Source of the DNA: Hemiscyllium ocellatum
Taxonomy: Eukaryota
Reading direction: 5' to 3'
Assembly (NCBI RefSeq): GCF_020745735.1
Contig: NW_026867529.1
Coordinates: 186,001 to 250,000, forward strand
Length of the DNA stretch: 64,000 nt
Shown here: in pieces, positions 10,212-23,249 of the stretch
How the letters are laid out: every line of letters begins with the position of its first letter
Numbering within the stretch: position 1 is the stretch's first letter
Program-made: the position numbers and the translations under genes
The notes under the pieces: generated by a model
Database searches by the model: none
What the model saw: only the letters and a program-made list of their open reading frames with translations
What the model was told of the DNA's origin: nothing

Positions 10212-10738
10212 AGTGAACATCGTCCACACCCAGCCCTCCCCTCTTCCCTTCTGTACTTTTCACTTTGTGAAATCCGTGTTGTCAATAATCAGTTAAAAGG
10301 AAGATTTTTTAAAACTTTCTTAATTCATGTTGCTGATCTTGGCTGAGTAAAGGTATGTTGCTGTCAGCATTTCTGGGGAACATGTCTGCATTGTTTTCAT
10401 GTCAGTTTACAATGATATTAAGTCAAGAATTGTCTAAATGTCCTGAGAAACAACATTTAGAAATGGGCGTTCTGCCCCTACTTTTTTCCCCATAAGCCAG
10501 GATTTACAGCATGGGAGATCATATCTATGTTGATAATGGATTAGACCCTATACAATGTTCCCGAATGTTTACTTCAAGTGCTATCACCTGCAGGGTTATG
10601 GACAACATGCTATAAAGTGGGTGTTGGCTGGAAGGTTCTGTTTTCACGTGATACAGGTGTGATGGGCGAAGTGATCTCTCTCTGTCGTGAAAACTTCATC
10701 TTTCCTCAATTCATTTTTCCTACTTTGTCTCGTTCAGA

Positions 10739-11298
10739 GGCTCTAATTCACATGATTCATACTGGAAATATTCCAAGCCTTCAGTTCAATGATATCAATA
10801 AACTCCACCTGACCGTCCGGCTAGTGATGTGGAAATTAATGGTCTAATTAATGGTGCCAGACGATGCCTGGGACAACATCACTTTATTCAACTAAAGTCA
10901 GCAATTTACATGAACAATGTGAAAGGCACAAACTGTACTTTTACCCAAAGCAGCCAGTTACATCTGCATTCAGATACAAAATTCAGATCATTGCACAGAA
11001 GATAGACGAGCCCTCACAACATTGGAAATGATTTTGTTTGATAAAACAGTCCATCCTAGACTTGCTTAGAACAACTCGTGACAACAAAATTGCTTGATTG
11101 TTTTTGTGTGGGGTAACACATGAAATGTTACTGTATTCCGACTGATGTGAACCATTTGCACTTCAAGTTATGGGAACAAATTTTAGAAATCATTGATCAA
11201 AGGGACATTTTTTTTGGACTCAAGGAAGATCCATAGTGATATTTTGTAAATGTTTGGAGCTGGGATTGCTTTAAGTTTTTAACTAGGACATTGGCATA
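10739..11298 (-). repeat. Right arm of the inverted repeat
   Basis: Collinear reverse complement of 8182-8781 along its whole length. Confidence 0.92.
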
Positions 11299-11799
11299 CA
11301 GTGGACAACATCACAATTTGCTGTAACATGAAACTCGCAACCACTGAGAACCATCGCCTGATGGTTCAGAATTTAACAAGGACCTCGCAAGGTTCATGGA
11401 ATGGACCGACGAGTGATACATGAAAATTAACAAAGGCATTTCTGAAATGATTAATTTAGCTAGGAAGAATGTAGAGACTTCCATCTCTGTTTGCATTTCA
11501 ATATACTATAAATTACTTTTCTATTATATCCTAAAAAACTTGTGTCTTTGTTCATATTTAATACACTCTATCTTGTTCCGGGGTTAAGATAGTTTCTTTA
11601 TTTATTTCACTCAAGACTGGATGCTGTAGTTTTGCCTCAGTATTGACCAACCTCGGTTTGGTGCCAGCTTATATCACTTGAGCTGCTTTTTCAGGAAGTG
11701 AATCTCTCCACCTGTTCAGTCAAAATAATCTGTTCATGCTTCGATCGAAATAGATCCTATTAATATCATCCCAAATTCAGACTCGGTTATTTTGTATTT

Positions 11800-12790
11800 A
11801 TTCATTGGAATTGAACAGGAATATGACCGGCTGTTCTTGGTGGAGTGGGAGGGGGAGTTAAAGTGTTCAGCCATGGGGCTGTGGGGTTGGTTGGTACGGG
11901 TGTCCCAGAGGTGTTCTCTGAAATGATCCGCAAGTTAGTGTCCTGTCTCCCTGATGCAGAGGAGACCACATCAGGTGGAACAGACACAGTGGATGACATT
12001 TGTGGAAGTATAGATAAGTTTCTATGGGATGTGGAAGGATCATTTGGGGCCGTGTCGGAGGTGAGGGGGGAAGGGTGGGCGCAGGTTTTGTACCTCCTGT
12101 GGTGACAGGGGAAGGTGACAGGGGTGGGGAGTGGGCTGGTGGGGGGCATGGACCTGACGAGGGAGTCGTGGAGGGAATGGTGTCTCCGGAATGCCGATAG
12201 GTGTAGGGAGGGAAATATACCCCGAGTGATGGGGCCTGTTTACGGTGGTGGAAGCAGCAGAGGATGATATGATGTATGCAAGGTTGGTGCGGTGGAAGAT
12301 GAGGACCAGGAGGGGTCCCTGTTGCGATTGGAGGGATGGGGTTCAAGGGCATCATCAACAACGTGGGAGGGGAAATTGCAGTCTTTGATAAAGGATCTGG
12401 GATGTTTTATGGTGGAACTGGTCCTCCTGGGAGCAGATGCGGTGGAGTCAGAGGAATTGAGAATAAAGGATGGCATTTGGTTTGGAGGGAGTGGGAGGAT
12501 TGAAAGGAAATGTAGTTGAGGTTGAGCATGTACTGCTTGGGTTGGCGTGACAGGAAGAAACGGAGGGCTTCGAGGCCTCCATCATGGCGTTTGGATGTGT
12601 ACAGGGCCTGGACATTCTGTTCATTCTGGGGCTTATCAATAGCTTGCAGTTATTATGGAACTGCAAGGGCAATGGCTGGGAACTCAGAGAAACCAATGGT
12701 TCAGTCTTCTGCTTGAAGCAAATTTTGACCAGAACATTTAAACACCACAAAGCTCACTGTAGGAAATGCCAGTGCTGCAACTTTTAATAA
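11800..12790 (-). mobile_element. Decayed Penelope-like retroelement (RT and GIY-YIG endonuclease remnants, internally deleted)
   Basis: Frameshifted pieces: LYTSKRHDGGLEALRFFLSRQP (RT), KPNAILYSQFL, DCNFPSHVVDDALEPHPSNRN, TFPCHHRRYKTCAH, FREHLWDTRTNQPH (GIY-YIG region). Confidence 0.85.
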
Positions 12791-13905
12791 TATTTGAAAC
12801 TTGATTAAAAATAGGGATTTTTAGTTATAGTTTCTGAAACAATCAAGAAAAGAATTAACCGTTAGAACAAGCTCTATCAAAGAGAGAGGATTTGCAAAAT
12901 TTGAAACCACACAGTGCTGTGGTTTATTTGAATTCAATGTCGGTCAGAGTTAGATACAGCCAAGGTGATCTCTCCATATATTGATGTTGTTAATCGGACA
13001 CACCAACAGACCTGTCTGTACTAAACTGTATTATTTGTTTAGTTGATCAAAATTTAGGAAATAGATCAAACAGAATGTATTCGGCTGGGAAGGTGATGGA
13101 TACAGAAGATAGAATCAAAAGCTGGGAACATTAAATCTGAAGAGACAGTAACAAGTAGTACACGATCAAACACATGAAAAGGTGCATGTCAATGTGTTCC
13201 AGACATTAGTGAATCGAATGAGCGTGTTAGATAGTCGAGAGACTCGTCCAACGACATCCTGGAATCAGACCGTGAAATAGAGATCGAAAGGTCAATTTGC
13301 AAATGTCACTTCAATGTGATCACTTCACACTCTGTGTCCTGATATAGGCCACATTGGCAGGTGGTTCTGCCAGATTGTATCCCCTGGGTTTATTTTCTGA
13401 TCAGAAGTGAGATGTGTGGCTTGCTGCTGGCACATAGAAACAGGAAGTTGTGCGCCAGCTGAGAATGATACATCAGGCGCTACTTTCCGTATTATCAGCA
13501 CAAACAGTCTTCCTACCTCTGAGGGTGAACACACTGACAGTGTCAAGAACAAACAGACAGTTTGCTGTTGGTCTCAACATTGTATTCAATTCCATTCCCA
13601 TTTTCCAGAATGAAACAGAAGAGACACAAGATTATTTCAGCGAGAGTAAATTATCTGTCAGAGAGATAAGAAAGAGTTATCACCGGGTGAAAGGAGCGAA
13701 ATGACAATATGTAGTTTCGCTCATAAACCTATGTTTAAAAGTACAAAGCTTGAGGGAAGTTAATAAATAAATCTAAGAGGCAGCATTCATTAAAAGTTGG
13801 AATTGTAAGGTTTAAGCAATAAAATTCAGCAGGGCTTTGGTGGAAGTGATATCATCTCGGAAGTGGTTGATTCTGTTTTCCGGAGCTGAAAATGTGTTGT
13901 TGGTT

Positions 13906-14209
13906 AAGATTAGATTAGATTACTTACAGTGTGGAAACAGGCCCTTCGGCCCAACAAGTCCACACCGACCCGCCGAAGCGCAACCCACCCATACCCCTTA
14001 CCTTACACTACGGGCAATTTAGCATGGCCAATTCACCTGACCCGCACATCTTTGGACTGTGGGAGGAAACCGGAGCACCCGGAGGAAACCCACGCAGACA
14101 CGGGGAGAATGTGCAAACTCCACACAGTCAGTCGCCTGAGGCAGGAATTGAACCCAGGTCCCTGGCGCTGTGAGGCAGCAGTGCTAACCACTGTGCCACC
14201 GTGCCGCCC
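13906..14209 (-). mobile_element. Full-length HE1/V-type SINE
   Basis: Reverse complement of the 9572 copy, with (TCTAA)n tail at 13906-13921. Confidence 0.92.
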
Positions 14210-14275
14210 AAACTGTGCCACCGTGCCGCCCCCACTGTGCCACCGTGCCGCCCCCACTGTGCCACCGTGCCGCCC
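14188..14275. repeat. Four tandem copies of the SINE's first ~22 nt
   Basis: (C/A)ACTGTGCCACCGTGCCGCCC x4 = reverse complement of the SINE head. Confidence 0.9.
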
Positions 14276-14499
14276 TTAAAGCGCAGCAGGTCAGGCAGCA
14301 TCCAAGGAACAGGAGAATCGACATTTTGGGCATAAGCCCTTCTGAAGGCTGATTCCTGAAGAAGGGCTTATGCCCGAAACGTTGATTCTCCTGCTCCTTT
14401 GATGCTGCCTGACCTGCTGCGCTTTTCCAGCAACACATTTTTAAGCTCTGATCTCCAGCATCTGCGGTCCTCACTTTCTCCTAGTTGATTTAAACATGG

Positions 14500-15640
14500 A
14501 CAAAGAACTGAATTCCAGAAATGAGGGAAGAGTGACAGCTCTTCACATTAAGGTCACATTCGACAGAGTGTGACATTATGGAGTCCTAGCAAAACTGGAT
14601 TCAATGGGTATCAGGTGACAACCTCCCTGCTGCCTGCAGTCAGACCTCACACATTGGAAGGTGGCTCTGCTTGTTAGAGGGCAGTCGTCTCAGCCAAAGA
14701 AAATCTCTGTTGGAGTTCCTAAAGAAAGGGTCCTTGGCCCAATCATGTTCAGCTGCTTCAGCAATGCCTTTCCCTCCCTCAGAAGGTCAGAAGTGAAATC
14801 TGCATTGATCTAGCACTTTTTTTGTGACTGCTCAGTCCACATTCGAACGCAACAAAATCTGGACAATTTCCAGACTTGAGCTGACAAGTGGCCAATAGCA
14901 TTCACACCACAAACCTGCGAGACAATGACCATTGACAATAAGAGACAATCTAACCAAAACCCCTTGACATTCAATAGTGTTACCATCACGGAATCCCTCA
15001 CCATCGACATCCTGGGTTTTATTGTTCATTAGAAATTGAGCTGGACACTCCATATAAATACAATGGTTGTAAGAGCAGGCCAGAGGCTAGGAATACTGCA
15101 GCAAGTAACTCACCCTCCTGACTTGCAAAGCCAATTAACTGTCTAAGAGACAGAAGTCAGGAGGGTAATAGCACAGCTCGCCTTTTGACTGGACAGGAGC
15201 ACCTTTAACTGCACGCAAGAAGCTAGGCATTGTCCAGGGCAAAGCATCCCACTTGATCAGCAGCACATCCACAAGCGTCCATTGCCTCCAAATCTGATGC
15301 TTAGTACCTGCCATATGCTGAAAAATGCTTTGCTCAAAAAGCGCAGCAGGTCAGGCAGCATCCAAGGAGCAGGAGAATCGATGTTTCGGTCATAAGCCCT
15401 TCTTCAGGCAAACCTGCCATATGCACTGTCTAAAATACTGCACTGCAGTAACTTAGCCACTTCCTTACACAGTACCTTCCCACTCCCACTTGCATCTCGA
15501 TGGATAAGAACAGCAGATACATGGGAACAGCCCCACTGTAAGCTCCTCTCTAAACTACTCGGCATCCTGACATGGAAATATATCATCGATCTTTCACTGT
15601 AACTGGGTCAAAATCTGGAATTCCCTTCCTCAGGTCATTT
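14500..15640 (+). mobile_element. Degenerate CR1-clade LINE, RT region and 3' part; interrupted by a Penelope terminal repeat at ~15335-15410
   Basis: Decayed RT motifs (KELNSR..RVTAL.IK..FDRV; GVP....LGPIMFSCF) with stops and frameshifts. Confidence 0.7.
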
Positions 15641-16059
15641 TGGAAGATGTTATTTCAGAAAGGCAGCTTTCTGCCATCTTCTGAAGGACACCTACCGACA
15701 ACTAAAAGCAACCACCGTGTTCCATGAGTCAATAAAACAATCATTGAAGCTAATATGACAGTTTGAGAAAGTGGTTAAGGAGGCATTATGAGTATGTAAT
15801 AAGCAATTGAAAGGTTTGGAGTAAAGTTCCAGAATCAATCTCTACCATAGTAGCTGCAATTAATGAAAGAGTATGAAATGAAACTGCTGAAGTAATGAAT
15901 GATAATCACAGACCTACCAAAGTTTTGAAGCATGTTACATGTTTCAGTATTGTCCTTCAGAGGAGGATGTGTGACCTTCCTACCTGGCCTGCCCAACCTG
16001 TTCAACAAAAAGGCGATGGTTCCTTTCCTGTGCCGAACCTGACTAAGAAACCCATCAGG

Positions 16060-16280
16060 AGAAAGTGAGGACGGCAGGTGCTGGAGATCTGAGCTGAGAG
16101 TGTAGTGCTGGAAAAGCACAGCAGGTCAGGCAGCATCCAAGGAGCAGGAGAATCAATGTTCCAGCCATAACAACTACATCAGGTATCTTAATGAAGGCCT
16201 TATGCCCAAAACGTCGATTCTCCTGCTCCTCGGATGCTGCCTGACCTGCTGTACTTTTCCAGCACTACAGTCTCGACTGA
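16060..16280. mobile_element. Penelope-like fold-back mini-element, diverged
   Basis: CAGCAGGTCAGGCAGCATCCAAGGAGCAGGAGAATC ... GATTCTCCTGCTCCTCGGATGCTGCCTGACCTGCTG; degenerate flanking duplication GACTAAGAAACCCAT / GACTGAGAAGCCAT. Confidence 0.8.
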
Positions 16281-16669
16281 GAAGCCATTTGGTTGTAATA
16301 AAGTTTCTTAAGAAAGATCAACCATAATTAGCCGAACAAGACGGCAGGCCTTCAAAAAGGGAGCTGATGGCCACCTTCTTGGGATATGTGACTAACGTTT
16401 TCATAATTCAGTGAAGAATTCAACAAATGCTAATTACGGTGAGTCAGGCTCTTCAGACAGAGTCCGATACAGATTTTAGATTGGTGAGTGGATGCAAAGT
16501 CTCCTGTGATGTTGCTGTGAACAGCAAGACAGTTCTTGCCAGTATTTCACTCCAATATTTGTTCATGATGTAAAGTGTCAGATTTATTGCATTTCTGTGC
16601 TTTCTGTACATTGCCAACATTCGGATCACAGTGATGATATCATGAGACCAGTATTCTTGAACTCCAGTT

Positions 16670-16950
16670 TGATGTTGGATGGCCAGGGTTTGGAATATCA
16701 TCGTTTGCCCAGGGTGAAATGTGAATTTAAAGAAATCCTGGAATCAGAAAGGAAGGCAAATGGTGACCATGTAACCCGAGTCAATGGAAAAATACAAAAA
16801 CAGCTGGTTCACGAATGACAAGGCATCTGTCACCTTTACATGGTCTGGCCACCATGAGATTCAGACCCACTGGGAAGTAATTGACTGTGTTCTGAAGTGG
16901 CTTTAGCAAGCTATTCAATGGGCAGTTGGGGATAGGGACTCATTGCTGAC
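16670..16950 (+). mobile_element. Old shark SINE remnant (SacSINE/Deu-domain-like)
   Basis: AATGGTGACCATG...CTGGTTCAC.AATG...TTACATGGTCTGGCC...CAGACCCAC...TCTGAAGTGGC..TAGCAAGC resembles my recollection of this family; not verified. Confidence 0.45.
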
Positions 16951-18629
16951 CCTTACCATTAAGTAATACATGTAACGAAACCTTGTAACAACTATATCAA
17001 TTAAATGTAATTGTTGCGGCAGTTCCTGTATTTCACGTGAATATTCTAAATTTGCAGAATTTTCAGCACTGAATTGTTAACCTAAATAAAAGTTTTAAAT
17101 TATTTATCTTTCAGAAATAAATAAAATCTGTTGCAATTCGGCTTCATAAATTTTTATTCACTTCTGCAAATGGTCAACATTCTTAAAATAAACTTGTTTC
17201 GATTTGAAACTTACCACCAAATCACTTCATTCACCTGGCTTTGCTGCCATCATCACTTCCTTGAAGCCAATTATGCATTTATGTAAATAAACACAGAAAT
17301 AGAATTCTCAGAATAGATTACAGAACCACAAAACCCTAATTTATATTTCCCCACAAGCACATCACACGAATTGTGGAAAAATGCAAATAACTCAATGGAT
17401 TCCAATACTAATTGATGTTAGGACTTTTTAATACATAAGTTGTATGATTGTTGAATGACAGAGGTATCAATTGTCATGTTTAGTCAAAAAACTATAATTA
17501 AGAGATACATTGGCACAGCTAATATTTCTGTGTCTCTTTTTCTCTCTTCCCCTCCTGCCTTCCCCCTTTTTTCTTTATCTCTGATGCCTTGTTTTGCCTC
17601 TCCACAATCGGACAATGTTTTCCTCAATAACATGAAGCCAACACCTCACCAACATTGCCTCTCAGCCAAATTCATCCATTTCTTTCGAGAGATTTGAGTC
17701 AGGACAGCAAGATTTTCTCAAAAATCTGTCTGAGTATTGAGTGATCTGGAAATGCTTGATAGGAATGAGGCTGCAGGCCTTTACTGTGTTAGTGTTTTCA
17801 TTGTATCTCAGCACTATTATTCTTGTCTGAGGAATGTTTAATGGTTCAGTGTCATGCATATTTAGTCTATAATTAACCTTACACTGCACATCTCATGGAA
17901 GGTTTAATATTGTAGAGGTCGATTTATTCTGTATCGACTCTGGGAGGATTTTTTTTTAGGGAATCCTGGATGCAGCTTCACTCTGTGTCTAAACTAAAAT
18001 ATATTTGACATGATTGCATTGGACAACACAATATAGAGGGAGATTTACCCAGAACATTACATGAGCTGTACAATCACAGAAAACATTTGATGTAGCTGTG
18101 TAAAGGGGCTTGAACTCCTACCCACTGTCTTTCTGATTTTGAAATGCTTGATACCAGAATAAAAATGGAACAACACTATGCATCGAAACTTTGTTATACA
18201 AGTAGATTATCATCTACAGGCACAGACATACACACACACATAAGCAAATCATCTCTGAACAACCCTTGCAGTGTTTAATGATGAATACTGAGAGAGCTTT
18301 AATATGCAATGTGTGTGTATTCCATGCAACACATGCCAACAGTGTGCTTGATATGGTAGTTTAAATGTAGTTTTGATCTATCTTTAACCTTTTCTGTGAC
18401 AGCCGTGGTTGTGTTTGACAAATATTCAACAGAACTGGAGGACTATAAATGTAGTCACTGCATTAGAGGCAGAATGCAATGCCATCAAACAGTGAGAAAG
18501 ATGATGCCTGTCTTTTTTCATGATGAGGAGGGATTGAAGCAGCTGGGCTTCAAACATGAAATGGAGGGTAATTTCGATGAGACCTATATAATTCTGAAAA
18601 GACTAACTTCGAGCAAAAGTCAATGAGAG

Positions 18630-19170
18630 GGAACCAGAAGCAGTCTGTTCAGCCAATGGGGTTTGAGCTTCCAAACAATGACATCATAGCTGAGCTGATA
18701 ATCCTCACCTCCACTTTTCAGCGTTTAACTGTAAGCATTGATTCAATTCCCAAATCAAAACCTGCCCATTTCAGCCTTCAAAATACTGACTGACCCAGCC
18801 TCGACAGTGTTCTATGGAAACAAATTCCACAGATTCACTACATTCTGGGAGACAAAATTCTGTTTGCCTGATATTTGTGACCTCTTATTCAGAGATTCTA
18901 CTCACTGGTCCGAACCTCTCCCACAAGGGGAAACAACATTTCTGCATTTACACCATCAAGTTTCCTGAAAATAATAGATGTTTCAGAATGTCACCACTGA
19001 ATCTTCGATGTTCTAATGAGTATAGGCCCAAATGACTCAGTCTCTACTCTCAAGACAGACCCTCCATCCTCAGGATCAGTCGGCTAAACCTCGTGTGGAT
19101 TGTCTCACAGTCCAGTGTACCTTTTCTTTGTGATATGAGTCCCAAGAACAGTCCACAGTATTCCAGCTGT
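18630..19170 (-). mobile_element. CR1 LINE 3' fragment
   Basis: Minus strand resembles the CR1 ORF2 end and 3'UTR (GAATGTAGTGAATCTGTGGAATTTG...). Confidence 0.7.
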
Positions 19171-19209
19171 GGTAAAAATACAGGTCCTTTTCAGTTTAAA
19201 CAAACATTA

Positions 19210-19990
19210 TAGTCATACAGATATCAGGCACAGAAACAACCCTTCGGTCCAACTGCACTGACCAGATATCCCAACCTGACTGAGTACCATTTGCCAGACA
19301 TTTGGCCTATCTTTCTCTAAATGTTACCTGTTCATACACCCATCCAGGTGCCTTTTAAATGCAGTAATTGAACCCACCTCCACCACTACCACTGGCAGCT
19401 GTTTCCATACATACACGTGAAAAGGTTACCCCTCAGGTTCTTTTCAAACGTTTCTCCTCTCACCTTAATCTGCTGTCCTCTCGTTTTGGACTCTCCCACT
19501 CGAGGAAAAAGGCCTTGGCTATTCACCATATCAATGCCCTGCATGGTTTTATAGGGTCTTGTTCAGGCCACTCCTCAGCCTCCTTTCCTCTCACTGTAGA
19601 GAAAAGAAAAGCCCCAGTCTATTCAGCTTCACCTTATACCTTAAACACTCCAGTTCCAGCATCATTCTTGGAAATCTTTTCTACATCCCCTCAAGTTTCA
19701 TAAAATCCTTCATCGAAATGGTCAGCCAGATTTGTCTGTAATAATTCTAAAAGTGGCCTCACAAATGTCCTGTACAACTGAGACATGGCATCGCGACTCC
19801 TACACTTAATGTTATGACCAATGAAGGAAAGCGTGCCAAACACTTTCTTCCCCACCCTGTCTACCTGCAACTCCACTTTCAAGGAATGATGCATCTGCAC
19901 CCTTTGGTTTCTTTGCTCAGCAACACTCCCCAAGGCCCAGCCATTAATTGTATAAGTCTTGCCCTGGTTTGCCTTACAAAAATGCAGCAC
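19210..19990 (-). mobile_element. CR1/HER1 LINE 3' fragment
   Basis: ORF 19691-19990 reads YTINGWALGSVAEQR...LQVDRVGKKVFGTLSFIG...QLYRTFVRPLLE (CR1 ORF2 C-terminal region); tail at 19210-19270. Confidence 0.85.
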
Positions 19991-19999
19991 CTCACATTT

Positions 20000-21230
20000 A
20001 TTTAATAAAGCTTGGGTTCATGAAAGGCAGGTCATGTTTAACTGATTAACTGGAATTCTTTGAGGTCATAATGAGCGTGGTAGACAATGGGGAACTGGTG
20101 AACGTGGTGTATCTGGATTTCCAAAAGGCATTCAGCAAGGTGCTGCACAAAAGGCTGCTGCATAAGATAAAGATGCACAGTGTTATGAGCAATGCATTAG
20201 CATGGACAGAAAACTGGTTAACTAACAGAATGCAAAACGTGGGGATAAATGGGTGTTTTTCTGGTTGGCAATCAGTGGCGAGTGGTGTGTCTCAGGGATG
20301 AGTGTTGGGACTGCAATTGTTTACAATTCAGGTAGATTGCTTCGAGTTAGAGATCCAAGTGTAGTGTGTTATAGTTCGCAGAAGGCACTTAAAAGAGTGA
20401 TAGAGCAAAGTGTGCAGGAGGATATAGGTAGGTTAAGTAAGTGGGCAAGAGTCTGGCAGATGGAGTACAATGTTAGTAAACGTGAGGTCATCCATTTTGG
20501 TAGGAATAATAACAAACAGAATGCTGCTGTGCAGGGGGACTTGGCTGTTCTTGTGCATGAAACACAAAAGCATGGTTTGCAGGTACAATAGCTAATTAGG
20601 AAGATAAATGGAATAATGTCCTTCATTGGCTGTGGATAGAGTTTAAAATTAGGACTTTCTGTTGCAGCTGTATAGGGCGCTGGTGTGACCATGCCTGAAG
20701 TATTCTGTATACTTTTCATCGCCTTACATGAGATGGCACTGGGGTGGGGTTTGCTGAGGAGGTTGATTACGTTGATTCTGGAAATGAGGGGGGTGGCTTG
20801 TGAGGAGAGATTGAGCAGACTGGGAGTATACTCATTGGAATTCAGAAGAATGTGGGAGGGGGGTTGTAAAATTATAAATGGAATAGATAAGACAGAAGCA
20901 GGGAGGCTATTTCCACTGGTGGGTGAAATTAGAATGACGGGGCATAACATTAAAATAAGGGCAACAGCTTTAGGACTGAGTTGAGGATCAACATCTTCAC
21001 CCAAAGGGTTGTGAAGCTGTGGAATCCCCTGCCTAGTGAAGCAGCTGAGGCCAACCAGTTGAATGTTTTAAAGGTGAAAATAGATTTTTTTAACAGTAAA
21101 GGAATGGAGGGTTATAGTGAGCGGGTGGGTAAGTGGAATCTTAGTCCATTGAAAGATGATCCATGATGTTATTGAAAGGCAGAGCAGACTCATGGGGTCA
21201 GATGGCCTACTCCTGATCGTATTTCTAATG
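20000..21230 (+). mobile_element. CR1 LINE RT to 3' end, pseudogenised
   Basis: VNVVYLDFQKAFSKVLHKRLLHKIKMH...GWQSVASGVSQG; WQMEYNVSKREVIHFG; CEERLSRLGVYSLEFRR. Confidence 0.92.
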
Positions 21231-21399
21231 TTTGGACGTTGTTATGTTCTAACAGGCCTCCCATCCAAAACGTAATGCTCTCTGACTACTAAGTAAAAAC
21301 TGAAAGAACTGTGGATGCTGTGTATCAGAAACAAAAACGGAAACTGCTGGAAATGTTCAGAAGTTCTGGCAGCATCTCTGGTGTGAAAGGCTCACCAGT

Positions 21400-23050
21400 T
21401 TATGGTTCCCTGGCTTTTCCATACAACTTTCTTCAATAATGCTGCCACATTAGTCACTCTCCAGTCTTCTGGCATCTCATCTATGATTATCAACGATACA
21501 AATATCTCAGCAAGGGGTCCACGAATCTCTTCCCTAGTTTCCCACAAAGTTCTGAGAAAACCTAACCAGGTCTCCAGGATTTATTTCCATTTTTCTACTG
21601 TAAGACCTCCAACACCTCCTCTTCTGTAAGATGAACTCATTTTAAGATCACATTATTTATTTCCCAAGTTCCTTAGCTTCTATGCTCCTGTCTACTGTAA
21701 ATATTGATACAAAATATTTGCTTAGTGTCTCAGCCATCTCCTGTGGTTCCATGTATGGAAAGCCATGTTGATCTTTAAGGGCTGTATTCTCTCCTTAGTT
21801 ATTCTTTTAACCTTAAAATAATTTTAGAATCTTTTCGGATTCTCCTTAATTCTATTTGCCAAAGCAATTTCATGCCCCTTTTTTCCCTCATGATTTCCTG
21901 GTTAAGGATACTCCGACTGCCCTTATCCCCTTCTCAGGATTCACTCAATCCCAGCTGTCTATATCTGATGAATGCCCCCTTCGTTTTCTGGACAGGAGTT
22001 GCAATTTCCCTCATCATTGAGCTTTTCCCATGCCTTGCCCTTCACACAAACAGAAACATACCATCACTGAACTCTCATTGTCTCATTCTTAAAGGCCTCC
22101 CACTTGTCAGCCGTCCCTTTACCTGAGAATAATCTCCCTCAACCAACTTCTCAAAGTCTTCTACCATCGAAACTGGCCACATTCCAATTTAAACTTTCAT
22201 TTTTAAATCAATTCTGTCCTTTCTCATCATTATTATTAAACCAATAGAATTATGATCACTTTCCCTGAAGAGTGTCCCTACAGACACCTCAGTCACTTGT
22301 CCTGCCTTGATTCCCAACAGAAGGTCAAGTATTGCAAACTGTCCAGTAGGTGCATCCACATATTGAATAACAACGTTTTCTTGTACACACTTAACCAATT
22401 TCTCCACATTCCAAGATCTTAACATTCCCCCAAATTCTGTTTGGAAAGTTAAAATTCCCTACCATTATCCTCTTTTCTTACAGATAGCATAATCGCTTGT
22501 AAATTTCCCACTGACTATTATTTTACAATCCCAGCAAGGTCATCACCTCTTTCTTATTTTTAAGTTTCATCCATATAACTTCACTGGGCAGTCTCCAAGA
22601 AATATCCTCTCTACATCCAGCTGTAATGTTCTTTCTAACCAAAAACACCACTCCATCTCCTCTCTTGCTCCTCTGTCTATACATTCTATAACATCTGTAT
22701 CCTGGAACATTAAGTTGCCAGTCCTGTTCATCCCTGAGCCACATTTCTGTAATGGGAATGTTATCCTTGTCCCACATTCCCATCTATGCCCTACGTTCAT
22801 CTGTCTCACATGTCAGATCTCTTGCATCGAAGTAAATGCAGTTTACCAGTCCTACCTTGCTCTTGCCAAACTGTTGTCTGCCTTGACCCCTAGAATTGCT
22901 CACCACATCTCACCTCAAACATTTCTCTTTTCTCACTATCTTGTTGGTTCCCACCATCCCCCTTACTAATTTAAAACCTTCAGCATACTGCTAGCAAATT
23001 TCCCCACAAGAATATCGGTCCCCTTCCAATTCAGGTCTCTCTTATATAGG
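21400..23050 (-). mobile_element. CR1 LINE ORF2 fragments (AP endonuclease and linker)
   Basis: ITEMWLRDEQDWQLNVPGYRCYR...GDGVVFLVR; QYVDAPTGQFAILDLLLG...SDHNSI. Confidence 0.88.
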
Positions 23051-23249
23051 TCATTTCTATTCCTGAAGAGATCCCAATGATTGAAAAATGGGAATCCTAA
23101 CCCCTGCAGCAGCTCCTCAGCTACACATTCGCTGCTCTATCTGACTGTTCCTAATCTCAATATTCCATTAGTTTTTAAACAAACCCCAACATGACATTTG
23201 CCATCTTTATTGACAGTTGAAATTAAAAGCTAACTTTTTGTTGTTTGGA

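Larger units (their letters stand above)
13884..14482. mobile_element. Penelope-like fold-back terminal-repeat element interrupted by a SINE
   Basis: GAGCTGAAAATGTGTTG at 13884 resumes as AAAGCGCAGCAGGTCAGG at ~14278, then an inverted copy containing CTGAAGAAGGGCTTATGCCCGAAACGTT. Confidence 0.8.

Noticed and set aside
12950-13700. Possible decayed Ig constant-like exons (fragments such as VLNCIICLV and DYFSESKLSV)
   Set aside because: The Cys/Trp spacing of a C1 domain is not recoverable in any frame, there are multiple stops, and the strand is opposite to the V-J.
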